A DNA stretch of 64,000 nucleotides from an uncultured Desulfuromonadales bacterium (GTDB lineage: Bacteria > Desulfobacterota > Desulfuromonadia > Geobacterales > Pseudopelobacteraceae). Made by a program: the position numbers and the translations under genes. The stretch covers positions 9-64,008 of the forward strand of contig CAIPTY010000036.1 of NCBI GenBank assembly GCA_903868145.1, given 5' to 3'. The notes under the pieces are model-generated. The model was not told where the DNA came from, did no database searches, and was given only the letters and a program-made list of their open reading frames with translations. How positions within the stretch are numbered: position 1 is the first letter of the stretch; the number at the start of each line of letters is the position of its first letter. This document shows, piece after piece, positions 18,979-27,438 of this stretch.

Positions 18979-19203
18979 TTAGCGCATGGCAATCATGCGC
19001 GATGCTTCATAGGCCTCCACCTCCGTGATGAGATACCGAACTGTCCCATTCCGACCGCTACCGAGACAGAGACGGGTCATACCGGCCAACCGGGCAAGGC
19101 GATCGACCGAAGATCGACCGCACCGCCAGCGGGCAGCCAGCTCCCTCGGCGAGATGAAAGGCCCCCCCGAGTCGGCTCGTACTACAGAACCACGATGGCT
19201 CAT
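18979..19203 (-). CDS. Excisionase/AlpA-like helix-turn-helix DNA-binding protein
   Basis: The 74-aa protein reads ISPRELAARWRCGRSSVDRLARLAG...GTVRYLITEVEAYE, which is the HTH_17 / excisionase pattern. It lies next to the integrase. Confidence 0.65.
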   Translation of the reverse strand: MSHRGSVVRADSGGPFISPRELAARWRCGRSSVDRLARLAGMTRLCLGSGRNGTVRYLITEVEAYEASRMIAMR

Positions 19204-19327
19204 AACTCTCCTCCAGACGCAAGAAGGCTCGCTATGGGTGTCCCCATGCGAGCCTCAGCGTCCAACCGATGTGTAGATTTTACTCCCTAATAGTCTGTTG
19301 TATGTTACATAGCAGCCGATGTTCCGC

Positions 19328-19472
19328 TGGTTGGCTGGAGTTTCGCCGAGCACTCAGTGGTTGGCTGGATGCAGGGTTTCACCCTTTGATAGGCTGGGGT
19401 TTGACAATCAACCGGTTGTGGGTATTGCTAATGATTGACTGGTGATTGCAACGCTTCCAGTAGTTGGTTGGG
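19328..19472. repeat. Phased iteron-like repeats (TGGTTGGCTGGA and degenerate copies) upstream of the Xis-like gene
   Basis: TGGTTGGCTGGA occurs at 19328-19339 and 19358-19369, TGATAGGCTGGG at 19387-19398, and TAGTTGGTTGGG at 19461-19472. The first three are spaced about 30 bp apart. Confidence 0.4.
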
Positions 19473-19518
19473 GATACGGCTACGGCCTTAATTTTCCTGC
19501 CTTCTTGTACCGAGACCT

Positions 19519-20076
19519 TCAGCTTTCCTTCAGATATTTATATAGCGTCTCTCTGGAACATTTGTATTCCCGCGCAACCTTTGCTTTTGGCACCCCGGCG
19601 GTAATCATCTGCCTAACCTCTTCCACCTGGGCGTTAGTCAACGACGCTTTCCTTCCTTTATAGACACCCTTCATCTTTGCGATCCGGATTCCCTCCGCCT
19701 GCCGCTCCTTCAGGATCGCCCTTTCAAATTCAGCAACCGCGCCCATGACAGAAAGCAGTAATACTGACATGGCGGCGTCATCGCCGTTGAATACGAGGTT
19801 CTCCTTGACGAAGGTTACTCTGACTCCACGGTTGGTCAGATCCTGCACCATCTGTCGCAGGTCGATGAGGTTGCGGGCAAGTCGGTCCATGGAATGCACG
19901 AACAGATGATCCCCGTCGCGGACGAAACGTAACATCTCCTGTAACTGTGGTCGGTCGGTTGACTTGCCGGAAATTTTGTCGGTGAAGATGCGATCCATTG
20001 CTAGACCGTCCAGTTGCCGTTCGGTGTTCTGATCGGCGGATGAAACTCTGATGTATCCAATTTTCTGACCATTCAT
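19519..20076 (-). CDS. Serine recombinase (resolvase/invertase family)
   Basis: It begins MNGQKIGYIRVSSADQNTERQ, which contains the catalytic Ser motif. The C-terminal HTH is AKVAREYKCSRETLYKYL. RBS AGGAGG precedes the start. Confidence 0.9.
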   Translation of the reverse strand: MNGQKIGYIRVSSADQNTERQLDGLAMDRIFTDKISGKSTDRPQLQEMLRFVRDGDHLFVHSMDRLARNLIDLRQMVQDLTNRGVRVTFVKENLVFNGDDAAMSVLLLSVMGAVAEFERAILKERQAEGIRIAKMKGVYKGRKASLTNAQVEEVRQMITAGVPKAKVAREYKCSRETLYKYLKES

Positions 20077-20095
20077 GTATGCCTCCTGACGATGT

Positions 20096-20180
20096 TGTCA
20101 AAAATCACTTTAGACCAACCTCAGTTTGACATTTATCGGCTATTCTGACGGGTGATGTGTGGGGTAAACCCTATTCTGAC
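20096..20180. promoter_or_regulatory. res-like site upstream of the serine recombinase gene
   Basis: An inverted pair TGTCAAA (20096-20102) / TTTGACA (20125-20131) spans 36 bp. Two direct CTATTCTGAC copies follow at 20140-20149 and 20171-20180. TGTC-type half-sites are typical of Tn3-family res sites as I recall them. Confidence 0.4.
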
Positions 20181-20235
20181 TTGTTACTTCAACGTTGCTG
20201 TGCCGGCTTTTATCATTATCGAACATCTCTTGGCA

Positions 20236-20850
20236 TCATTTTTTGAAAGTGGTCAACATTCCCTCCATCACAGTAAACATGGCCGCTGGGAGTTCTTGAA
20301 TGTTATGGATGATCCGGTGATTGTCCCAGAAGTTGCGTACCCCGGTATGCATTATCCCTATGGCCGCGATCTCTATGCCGTCCTTCGTTGTCCGGACCGT
20401 CGCTTCCTTGGTTGCCGTAGCATTATCCGGACAGCCGTCGGTGAGGATCAGCAGGATTTTTCGCGGCTCGGTGCGCTGGAGCAGCATGGCCCTGGCCGCC
20501 CAGATAGCCTTGTCCGTTGGCGTCCCGTCGAACGGGTGGTGGTTGAAATGCTCCGATTGGGGCTTTCTCCCAAAGTCGACGAGGACGTTGACTTGGGATT
20601 CCTTATTCTTGCCGCTGAACTCCATGCAGCAGATGGCTACGCCCTTCAGGCCAAACAGCGTCGTATGCAGGGCAAACGCGGCGGCGTTAGCGACCTCGTA
20701 CTTATCACCCATGCTCCCGGATAGATCGAGGAGTACGGCGACAGCTGTACTCGTATCGAATGATGGGGTTCGTGATGTGAATGTTGCAATGCCAAAAGCA
20801 ATATGAAAACTGTCTATAATAAAATGGAGCCTGTTAAAAATGGAATTCAC
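20236..20850 (-). CDS. von Willebrand factor A (VWA) domain protein, probably the 5'-truncated remnant of a larger CobT/VWA-type gene
   Basis: The MIDAS motif is LLDLSGSM, followed by GTPT and [10 protein letters not shown]. The ORF begins with a GTG that has no RBS and is preceded by AT-rich sequence. Only about 35 aa precede the VWA fold. Confidence 0.6.
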   Translation of the reverse strand: MNSIFNRLHFIIDSFHIAFGIATFTSRTPSFDTSTAVAVLLDLSGSMGDKYEVANAAAFALHTTLFGLKGVAICCMEFSGKNKESQVNVLVDFGRKPQSEHFNHHPFDGTPTDKAIWAARAMLLQRTEPRKILLILTDGCPDNATATKEATVRTTKDGIEIAAIGIMHTGVRNFWDNHRIIHNIQELPAAMFTVMEGMLTTFKK

Positions 20851-20942
20851 AAATAAAAAATCCGTTTGCGTCTTATTCTGTCGTGCCTCTGCTGTATAGT
20901 AATTCCCAGGATCATGTAAAAAATATCGGAGCTAATCGAGAT

Positions 20943-22502
20943 ATGGATATTTTCTGGAACAACGGAGAGAGGGAGACCATTCAAGGCCTTGATATCCTTG
21001 CTTTGCGTCAGCTGGATCAGCGCATCGAACAGGATTGGGTTGCGAATATCACCACCATCTCGATCAGAGCACGTTACCTGTCTCTCCTGCCATGGTTGTT
21101 TGCGGAATTTTATACATCACAACTGGCTGCCGATGGCGGGCAAGCTGTTTTTGATAGCGACCTGTTCAGACAGGCGGCAGCCCGAATGGAGTTAATCGTA
21201 CTCGCTGCGACGCGGATGGGGAAGAAATGGGGAGAGTCTGGGATTACGTACGGCGCTATCGGTTCGGAGCTCTATCATGAGGAGGTTACTGCTTTAGAAG
21301 CTAACGGGAGCCTGACATTGGTTACAGGCACACGGGGTGGCTCGGTATACGGAACCTATGTAATGCCCTGTCGCGGCTTCGGGTTGTTGAACACCACCAA
21401 TAACCCGTCGGTACCGGTCAAAGTGGAACCTAGAGGGCAAAAGCTTCATCAAGTCCGAAGAGAGATGATCCCTCCCGATGGGTTAGTACAACTCATATTG
21501 GCGGGAGGTACCCTGACGACAGACCTGCTGGAGAAAGAAGGTGTCCACTTCTCATTGAATGGTCTGAGTGCCAACCCGGAGGAGATGAGTCTGCTGCGAG
21601 AGGCCCTGATTGAACCGTATCTGGACCATTCCGAGATCAAACAGACTTATGCACGGTTCACCGAATCCGCCCAGTGGTTCCTCTCCATGAGTCAGTCCTC
21701 CACCTCCAATATGAATTCCGATGAAATTTTGAAAACAAACTTCCGCAACATCGTCACCACACCGGATCTCACCCCCTCAAAAGTAGAACTCGGTTGGGGG
21801 GAATATGAACTAAGGAGAAGAGTTCACTTTGCCCTCGAATTGTTGCTGGGGGCGTTGACTCGGACGCTCGTCGACTTGGTGGATGGGACAGTGGAAGAGG
21901 TATTGGATGAGTGGATGGGTAACTGGCAATTGCCTCCATTTTTGAATGCTCTGGTGCCTCCAAACGACAACCCGTTTGAACTCAGGCTTGCCGCTATTGT
22001 TGATCAGATCCCTGCGGATGCTTTTCTGGACCGAGGCCCGAATCGTGGTTCAGCAAGAGATCTTAGCCCAGCCCAACAAGCGGTGTATGCGTTAGCTAAC
22101 CTGATAGCGTGCCGAACCCAGTCTGCTGCCTTATGCACGGCTGGGGTGATCCCGAACAGGAATCATTACATGGAGCGGGCATTCAACATTCTGGAGGATA
22201 GCGATCGAACGGTTTACGAAAGCTTACGGGAACTACTCATCTGCACGGTGATTGAGCCCCATCTCAGAACTTCACTGCGCAAGCTTGGGCAAGGTCAGAA
22301 ATGTTCTCTCAGGTTTTTTCCCGAAGGTAATATTCTGCGCCCTACTGGTACTCTGGTGGCTGCGAGCTACAGCGGGGACCGCCTTGGTAATGTCATGGGT
22401 TTCTTTGCTGATGTCGGGTATCTGGATCGGATTGAAAGCTCACGGTTTGCCATATCAGCTGATGGCCGGACACTGCTTGAATCCTGGGAGGCTACAGCAT
22501 GA
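20943..22502 (+). CDS. Hypothetical protein (519 aa) with no recognisable motif; first gene of the PLD operon
   Basis: The track ORF is 20883-22502. I prefer ATG 20943 ([11 protein letters not shown]) because GGAG lies about 10 nt upstream. A TATAGT -10-like hexamer at 20895-20900 is downstream of the alternative GTG. Its stop TGA overlaps the ATG of the next gene (ATGA at 22499-22502). Confidence 0.7.
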   Translation: MDIFWNNGERETIQGLDILALRQLDQRIEQDWVANITTISIRARYLSLLPWLFAEFYTSQLAADGGQAVFDSDLFRQAAARMELIVLAATRMGKKWGESGITYGAIGSELYHEEVTALEANGSLTLVTGTRGGSVYGTYVMPCRGFGLLNTTNNPSVPVKVEPRGQKLHQVRREMIPPDGLVQLILAGGTLTTDLLEKEGVHFSLNGLSANPEEMSLLREALIEPYLDHSEIKQTYARFTESAQWFLSMSQSSTSNMNSDEILKTNFRNIVTTPDLTPSKVELGWGEYELRRRVHFALELLLGALTRTLVDLVDGTVEEVLDEWMGNWQLPPFLNALVPPNDNPFELRLAAIVDQIPADAFLDRGPNRGSARDLSPAQQAVYALANLIACRTQSAALCTAGVIPNRNHYMERAFNILEDSDRTVYESLRELLICTVIEPHLRTSLRKLGQGQKCSLRFFPEGNILRPTGTLVAASYSGDRLGNVMGFFADVGYLDRIESSRFAISADGRTLLESWEATA

Positions 22503-25135
22503 GACGGGATATCGTGAGGCTGATCGAAGCTGAAAAAGATGTAACCAATGTCGTGGTACTGACCCACAACATTGACTTCGTGTACATCCAGTCGGTCGTG
22601 CTACCGGCGTTGCGCCGCTGCGGTCACCCTACACTGACCATATTCGCGGATGCCCAATGCGCCAGTGAAACATATCAGCACCAGCATCTGGTACTGGACT
22701 CCCTAGGCCACCGGTTCAGGGTTGTGCCGGTGGCTATGCGGCCGGGATTCCGGTTCCACCCCAAGGCGATCCTGCTCTCGGCCCAGAACAAAGGGACTCT
22801 CCTGGTGGGAAGTGGTAATCTCACCTTCGGTGGATGGCGGGAAAATGCGGAGATATGGTGCCGATACGACTCAGATAAGGACGGGACTGCCCCTTTTTCG
22901 GCATTCAGGAATTATCTCAATTCGGTTCTTTCCCTCACCCCCCTACAGGAGTCTCTCGTTGCTGAAATCGAAGAATGCTTTGAAGGCGCCAACAGACCTT
23001 GGGCGATCGATATGGATGCACCGGATCGGTTATTGGGCAGCCCCGGTACAAGTGCAGCACTGATAGATCAGATGAAAACTGCTATCGGCGATAAACCGGT
23101 CAACGATCTTCTGGTCTGCACTCCCTATTTTGATGATGCCGGGGATGCGTTGATGGCCTTATCGACAGCATTCAATACGAAAGTGAAAGTAGCGCTACAG
23201 AGCAGACACAGCGGCCTGAAGACCGAGGCTGCTAAGGCGTTAGGAGACCGTTTCGATCTGTCTACGGTTAATTTCCACCATCTTGATATCGAAAACAACC
23301 TTCGGGAAGCTTTCATTCATGCCAAGTGGTATGGATTCGAGCATGAAGATGACGTCACCGTTTTTCTGGGGAGCGCCAACTGTTCCAAGGCGGCGCTTAC
23401 GATTCCCGGAACAGCTGGCAATGCTGAACTGTTAACTGTTGTTACCCTGTCCAAAGAAGAGTTCCACGCTCAATTCGTTGCCGAACTTGAATTTGTAGAT
23501 GCGCCCCCACAGCTCACTTCCATCGCCGATACCGATCAGCCGGCTGACAACTTACTGCCATCTATTCGTATCATGGCTGCCCGCCTCGACCAAGGAGTCA
23601 TGCAAATCGCCTATACCTGTTCAGAGGGAATCAGGCTCTCAGGATTAGTCCTGCACGTTGCAGGAGGTCTTGTCGTTCCCACCGACTACACAGAGGTGGA
23701 GCCTGGCGTCCTTGTAGTACGTGGCGTGCAACCTGACAGTCGTCAAGTCTGTCTGAAGGGTCAGGCTTCCCATGGCGAAATACTTTCAAACCTCATGTGG
23801 GTTGACCACGAACAGTCTCTGAGCACTACCGCTCGCAGCAGATCGGTTGTCGATGCAGTCCGCAAGAAAGTGCAGTCGCAAGATTGGTCCATCGGAGCGT
23901 GGTCGGAAATAGCCAATGTTTTCTTCCGAAACTTGCAGTACATGCCATTACGAGCTACTGGCTCCCGTTTTACGAGCGATGGTAGCAGGAACCCCGGTGA
24001 AGCCCAGCCTGTGTACAGTGCTGGTGATGTGTTCGCAGACAGCTATGGCTTACCGTCCTTTACCAGACATCTGCCTCATGAACTGGCGAACAGTGATGAC
24101 CGGGTTACCAGCCTGCGTCAATTACTGCTGCGCTGGTTTGGCTTGAAAGATGACAGCGATCCGGACAAACCGCCAATAGACACCGTGGTGCTAAGTGGCA
24201 GCGGTGAACCGGAAGAAGAGCCGTTGCCACCGCTGGCACCAAAACCAGCCGCACCGCCCGTACCACCTGCCAGGTCCGTTACTGACAGCGATCGCAAACG
24301 CGCTCTGCAGATGCTGCAGATCATTACCGATGCCATGTCATCGCCGGAATATCTGGCCAAGCGCCAGCCAGAAACCCTCTCAGTCGATATACAGTTTGCC
24401 TCTGTTCTCTTGAGAGAAGGGCTTCACGAATCATGGATCACCGAAGCGGAGTACTTCGCAAGTACTCATAAAATATGGAGTGCTCTCTTCTTCTCTTGTG
24501 TCGCTGATGCCAAGATTGGATGGCTTGAGTACCGATACCGCAATGACGAAGACCCTGAAACTTTCGTCTCTAGGATGGCTTCACCGAAGCTCACCGCCGC
24601 ATTAGCTGCATGGGCGTTTGCCGTGCCAGATGGGGGGAATGCCCCTGAGAACGTCCGGTTCCGCCTCTCTCAAGTCTTGTCAGTGGCCCGCCTCCCATGG
24701 CTCTGGGAGCAGGCTGGTATGGAGGACGTTGCAAAGGAATTAAGAGAGCTGCTTAGTATCACGTCCGCTACATGGTCTGAAGATTTCTGGCAGTCCATCG
24801 AGACTCGCTGGAATAAATTGATACGTCAAGGATATGCTCTATGCCTTGTTGAGGAGGCCCTGGCCACGAAAACACCGGTAGAAATCAAAGGAGCGATCCA
24901 ACAGACCACTGTCAAGAAGGGGGAACTGCTCTGGCAGGGGACAGCAGGTTTTTGTATTGCAGTTCAGGATTTTTCCCGATCCAGTGGTAATGCACAAGTC
25001 CTATATCTTCAACAGGCCAGAGAAGGTGCTATCAAGGCTGAATTTGCCATCCCGCTGAAAGGGCTTGTTGAGTCGAAGATCATCTCGTTGCCAGATAAGC
25101 CGAAGGTTGTCCTTACAGAGATGTCATGCACCTGA
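22499..25135 (+). CDS. PLD-superfamily (double HKD motif) protein, putative nuclease, with a long uncharacterised C-terminal extension (878 aa)
   Basis: Motif 1 is [24 protein letters not shown] (H87 codon at 22757). Motif 2 is [24 protein letters not shown] (H274 codon at 23318). A Pro-rich linker [21 protein letters not shown] follows, then a Trp-rich C-terminal domain of about 290 aa with no motif I recognise. Confidence 0.8.
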   Translation: MRRDIVRLIEAEKDVTNVVVLTHNIDFVYIQSVVLPALRRCGHPTLTIFADAQCASETYQHQHLVLDSLGHRFRVVPVAMRPGFRFHPKAILLSAQNKGTLLVGSGNLTFGGWRENAEIWCRYDSDKDGTAPFSAFRNYLNSVLSLTPLQESLVAEIEECFEGANRPWAIDMDAPDRLLGSPGTSAALIDQMKTAIGDKPVNDLLVCTPYFDDAGDALMALSTAFNTKVKVALQSRHSGLKTEAAKALGDRFDLSTVNFHHLDIENNLREAFIHAKWYGFEHEDDVTVFLGSANCSKAALTIPGTAGNAELLTVVTLSKEEFHAQFVAELEFVDAPPQLTSIADTDQPADNLLPSIRIMAARLDQGVMQIAYTCSEGIRLSGLVLHVAGGLVVPTDYTEVEPGVLVVRGVQPDSRQVCLKGQASHGEILSNLMWVDHEQSLSTTARSRSVVDAVRKKVQSQDWSIGAWSEIANVFFRNLQYMPLRATGSRFTSDGSRNPGEAQPVYSAGDVFADSYGLPSFTRHLPHELANSDDRVTSLRQLLLRWFGLKDDSDPDKPPIDTVVLSGSGEPEEEPLPPLAPKPAAPPVPPARSVTDSDRKRALQMLQIITDAMSSPEYLAKRQPETLSVDIQFASVLLREGLHESWITEAEYFASTHKIWSALFFSCVADAKIGWLEYRYRNDEDPETFVSRMASPKLTAALAAWAFAVPDGGNAPENVRFRLSQVLSVARLPWLWEQAGMEDVAKELRELLSITSATWSEDFWQSIETRWNKLIRQGYALCLVEEALATKTPVEIKGAIQQTTVKKGELLWQGTAGFCIAVQDFSRSSGNAQVLYLQQAREGAIKAEFAIPLKGLVESKIISLPDKPKVVLTEMSCT

Positions 25136-25202
25136 CCCAACCCGAGTGAGTAGCGCAACCCAATTTCTTTTCTACCATACAAACTGTTCGCTGTTGTCCC
25201 TG

Positions 25203-25246
25203 TTGACATCCATCAATTTCCATAATATAGTTGACATGCGTCAACG
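25203..25246 (+). promoter_or_regulatory. lexA promoter with an overlapping palindromic operator (candidate LexA box)
   Basis: TTGACA (25203-25208) is followed by a 17-nt spacer and TATAGT (25226-25231). The perfect palindrome GTTGAC-ATGC-GTCAAC (25230-25245) overlaps the -10 element and the predicted +1. Confidence 0.55.
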
Positions 25247-25276
25247 TATAACGTTTGACAACTATATGGAGGATGT

Positions 25277-25879
25277 ATGTCTCAACCCACAGCGCGCCAG
25301 CAGCAGGTGCTGGATTATATCCAATCTCACATTGATAACGATGGTTACCCCCCCACCATCCGGGAGATATGCGCCCACCTTGGGGTCTCTGGGACCGTCT
25401 CCGCCATGCGGCACCTGGATGCTTTAGAGAAGAAGGGGTATATCAAGCGGGACTCCTACTCCAGGGGCATAGCCATCACCTCCCCCACAGCTGGCTCAGC
25501 CTCACTACCCATTATAGGCACCGTCCGGGCCGGGGCGCTCTCTTCGGCAGTAGAGGACATCACGGGCTATCTTTCCCTGGACCGTTTGCGCCTGCACGGT
25601 GGTAAGTTTTTACTTCGGGTGCAAGGAGACTCCATGATCAATGCCAGCATCAGCGACGGCGACCTGGCGCTGGTACGCCCGCAGCCCACAGCAAACAATC
25701 GGGACATCGTGGTTGCCATGGTAGAGGGGGAGGCAACCCTGAAACGCTACTACCGGGAAAAGGACTGTATCCGTCTTCAGCCGGAAAACCCGAACATGGC
25801 GGCCATCATCGTACCGGAGGGCTCCAGTGATGTTACCATCATCGGCAAGGTTGTGGGCATCTACCGCGATCTGGGGTAA
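25277..25879 (+). CDS. lexA: LexA-family repressor (S24 peptidase), island-borne copy
   Basis: The N-terminal winged HTH reads QQQVLDYIQSHIDNDGYPPTIREICAHLGV...LDALEKKGYIKRD. The cleavage region is VRAGAL. The Ser is in GDSM and the Lys is in ATLKRY. Confidence 0.9.
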   Translation: MSQPTARQQQVLDYIQSHIDNDGYPPTIREICAHLGVSGTVSAMRHLDALEKKGYIKRDSYSRGIAITSPTAGSASLPIIGTVRAGALSSAVEDITGYLSLDRLRLHGGKFLLRVQGDSMINASISDGDLALVRPQPTANNRDIVVAMVEGEATLKRYYREKDCIRLQPENPNMAAIIVPEGSSDVTIIGKVVGIYRDLG

Positions 25880-25882
25880 GCT

Positions 25883-26125
25883 GTGCGGATCAAGGAACCG
25901 ATACGCGTGGCTGTGGTCTTCGGGCCAGGACGAACCATCAAGCCGGTCTGGTTTGACTGGCATAACCGGAAGCATGCCGTCCTGGAGACGACCTATACCT
26001 GGATGGACCTGAAAGGCAGCGCCAAACGTCTGCACTTTGCCGTTCGGGATGAAGGCGGATTGTACGAGCTAACCTACGACACTGCCGAACAGACCTGGGA
26101 ACTGAGCGGGCTTGAAGGTACCTGA
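25883..26125 (+). CDS. Small hypothetical protein (80 aa) co-transcribed with lexA
   Basis: A GTG start lies 3 nt after the lexA stop. No family was recognised. It occupies the slot between lexA and the dinB remnant. Confidence 0.45.
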   Translation: MRIKEPIRVAVVFGPGRTIKPVWFDWHNRKHAVLETTYTWMDLKGSAKRLHFAVRDEGGLYELTYDTAEQTWELSGLEGT

Positions 26126-26126
26126 C

Positions 26127-26300
26127 GTGACAAACCGAGCGGTAATGCTCATCGCCATGAACGCTTTCTTTGCCTCTGTCGAGCAGGCGGCCAACCCGGA
26201 ATTATCGGCCCCGAAGAGGTTTTACGGAGCCTTGAGTATATGCCTATCAAGGAGCTCTGTGGGATTGGCAGGAAGATGGAACGACACCTGATGGCTTCAA
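26127..26300 (+). pseudogene. dinB: Decayed remnant of a Y-family DNA polymerase IV (dinB) gene
   Basis: Frame 1 gives VTNRAVMLIAMNAFFASVEQAANPEL, close to the DinB N-terminus (xDMDAFFASVEQ) but with both catalytic Asp positions replaced. After about 30 codons a different frame gives EEVLRSLEYMPIKELCGIGRKMERHL, which is the DinB HhH/GIG region normally about 150 codons further on. Unrelated AT-rich sequence follows. Confidence 0.6.
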
Positions 26301-26448
26301 AATGTAGATGTGCGGTAAGAGGTAAAGGTACGGTCTGCTTCTATAGATCAGACTAAAAAATACTACCGCCATACTGCATAACTGTGTTATTTATTACAAA
26401 TTTAGTGTGCTCACTGACTATATTTCCAGCTACACTACGGAGTTTCAA

Positions 26449-27438
26449 ATGGCCAGGGCCGATATACTATTAAGTATAGTCAAGTCAGCAATCGGCAACG
26501 ACAACCTTTCTTTGCGAAAAGCTGTCGAGACGCTGGCTGCAGATGAACGCGCCAAAAATCATAGTATTCTGGCTGATCGTCTGATTGAACTGTTATCCAT
26601 GCACGGTAATCAGGTGAATAAGACAACCCCCTTCATACAAAACGGTACCAAAGATTTGGTGTATGAGATTATCCCCGAAAAAAGCTTCAGCGACCTTGTT
26701 CTTGATAAAGATGTGTTAGACATATGCCGGGAACTGATCGAGGAGCATCACCGTGCCGACCTTCTAGTATCATATGGTGTTGAGCCCCGACACCGCATTC
26801 TGTTCGCCGGTCCGCCGGGTAACGGTAAGACAACACTGGCAGAGGCCTTCGCATCGGAACTGATGTACCCGCTCATCGTGGTTCGCTATGAAAATATTAT
26901 AGGCAGTTATCTGGGTGAAACCGCCTCGAGGTTGCAGAAGGTATTTGAAACAGCTCGATCACGAAAGTGCGTTATCTTCTTGGACGAATTTGAAACCTTG
27001 GGTAAAGAGCGTGGAGATACCCGAGAGACCGGTGAGATCAAGCGAGTTGTCAGTTCCCTGCTGTTACAGATAGACCGACTCCCTTCCCATACGGTTGTCA
27101 TCACCGCAAGTAATCACCCCGAACTGCTCGACAGGGCCGTATGGCGTCGGTTCCAGGTCAAGGTTCAGCTGCCACCCCCTACCAAGGAGCAATGTATTAT
27201 CTTTATCAAAAATTTTGAAATGAGGACCGGTTTCAACTTCAAGACGGCCTACAACACGTTGGCTGATAAGTTGGCTGGTATAAGTTTTTCTGAAATTGAG
27301 GAGTTCTGTCTTGATGTTTTACGTCGTTGTATTCTGAACCATCAGCAGGACAATCCGAAAGAGATCATCAAAAGCCGGATAAAGAATCTTGAGTGCAGGT
27401 TTGTTCCTAGTAGGCGGGAGGTAGTTGATGCCGGATAG
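26449..27438 (+). CDS. AAA+ ATPase, IetA-like
   Basis: The ATG at 26449 (MARADILLSIV) follows ACGGAG. Walker A is GPPGNGKTT and Walker B is VIFLDEFE. ITASNHPELLDRAVWRRF covers the sensor-1 and Arg-finger region. It overlaps the downstream S8 peptidase gene by 11 nt. Confidence 0.85.
   Translation: MARADILLSIVKSAIGNDNLSLRKAVETLAADERAKNHSILADRLIELLSMHGNQVNKTTPFIQNGTKDLVYEIIPEKSFSDLVLDKDVLDICRELIEEHHRADLLVSYGVEPRHRILFAGPPGNGKTTLAEAFASELMYPLIVVRYENIIGSYLGETASRLQKVFETARSRKCVIFLDEFETLGKERGDTRETGEIKRVVSSLLLQIDRLPSHTVVITASNHPELLDRAVWRRFQVKVQLPPPTKEQCIIFIKNFEMRTGFNFKTAYNTLADKLAGISFSEIEEFCLDVLRRCILNHQQDNPKEIIKSRIKNLECRFVPSRREVVDAG

Noticed and set aside
20152-20806. Plus-strand ORFs 20152-20724 and 20321-20806.
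   Set aside because: They are antisense to the VWA-domain ORF, which has a clear MIDAS motif. I kept the VWA reading.
25253-25262. A second GTTTGACAAC element after the lexA operator, considered as an additional LexA box.
   Set aside because: It is only a 10-bp partial palindrome and is too short to score against the 18-bp box.
25610-26035. A 141-aa minus-strand ORF.
   Set aside because: It is antisense to the 3' end of lexA and the small downstream ORF, and it has no motif.
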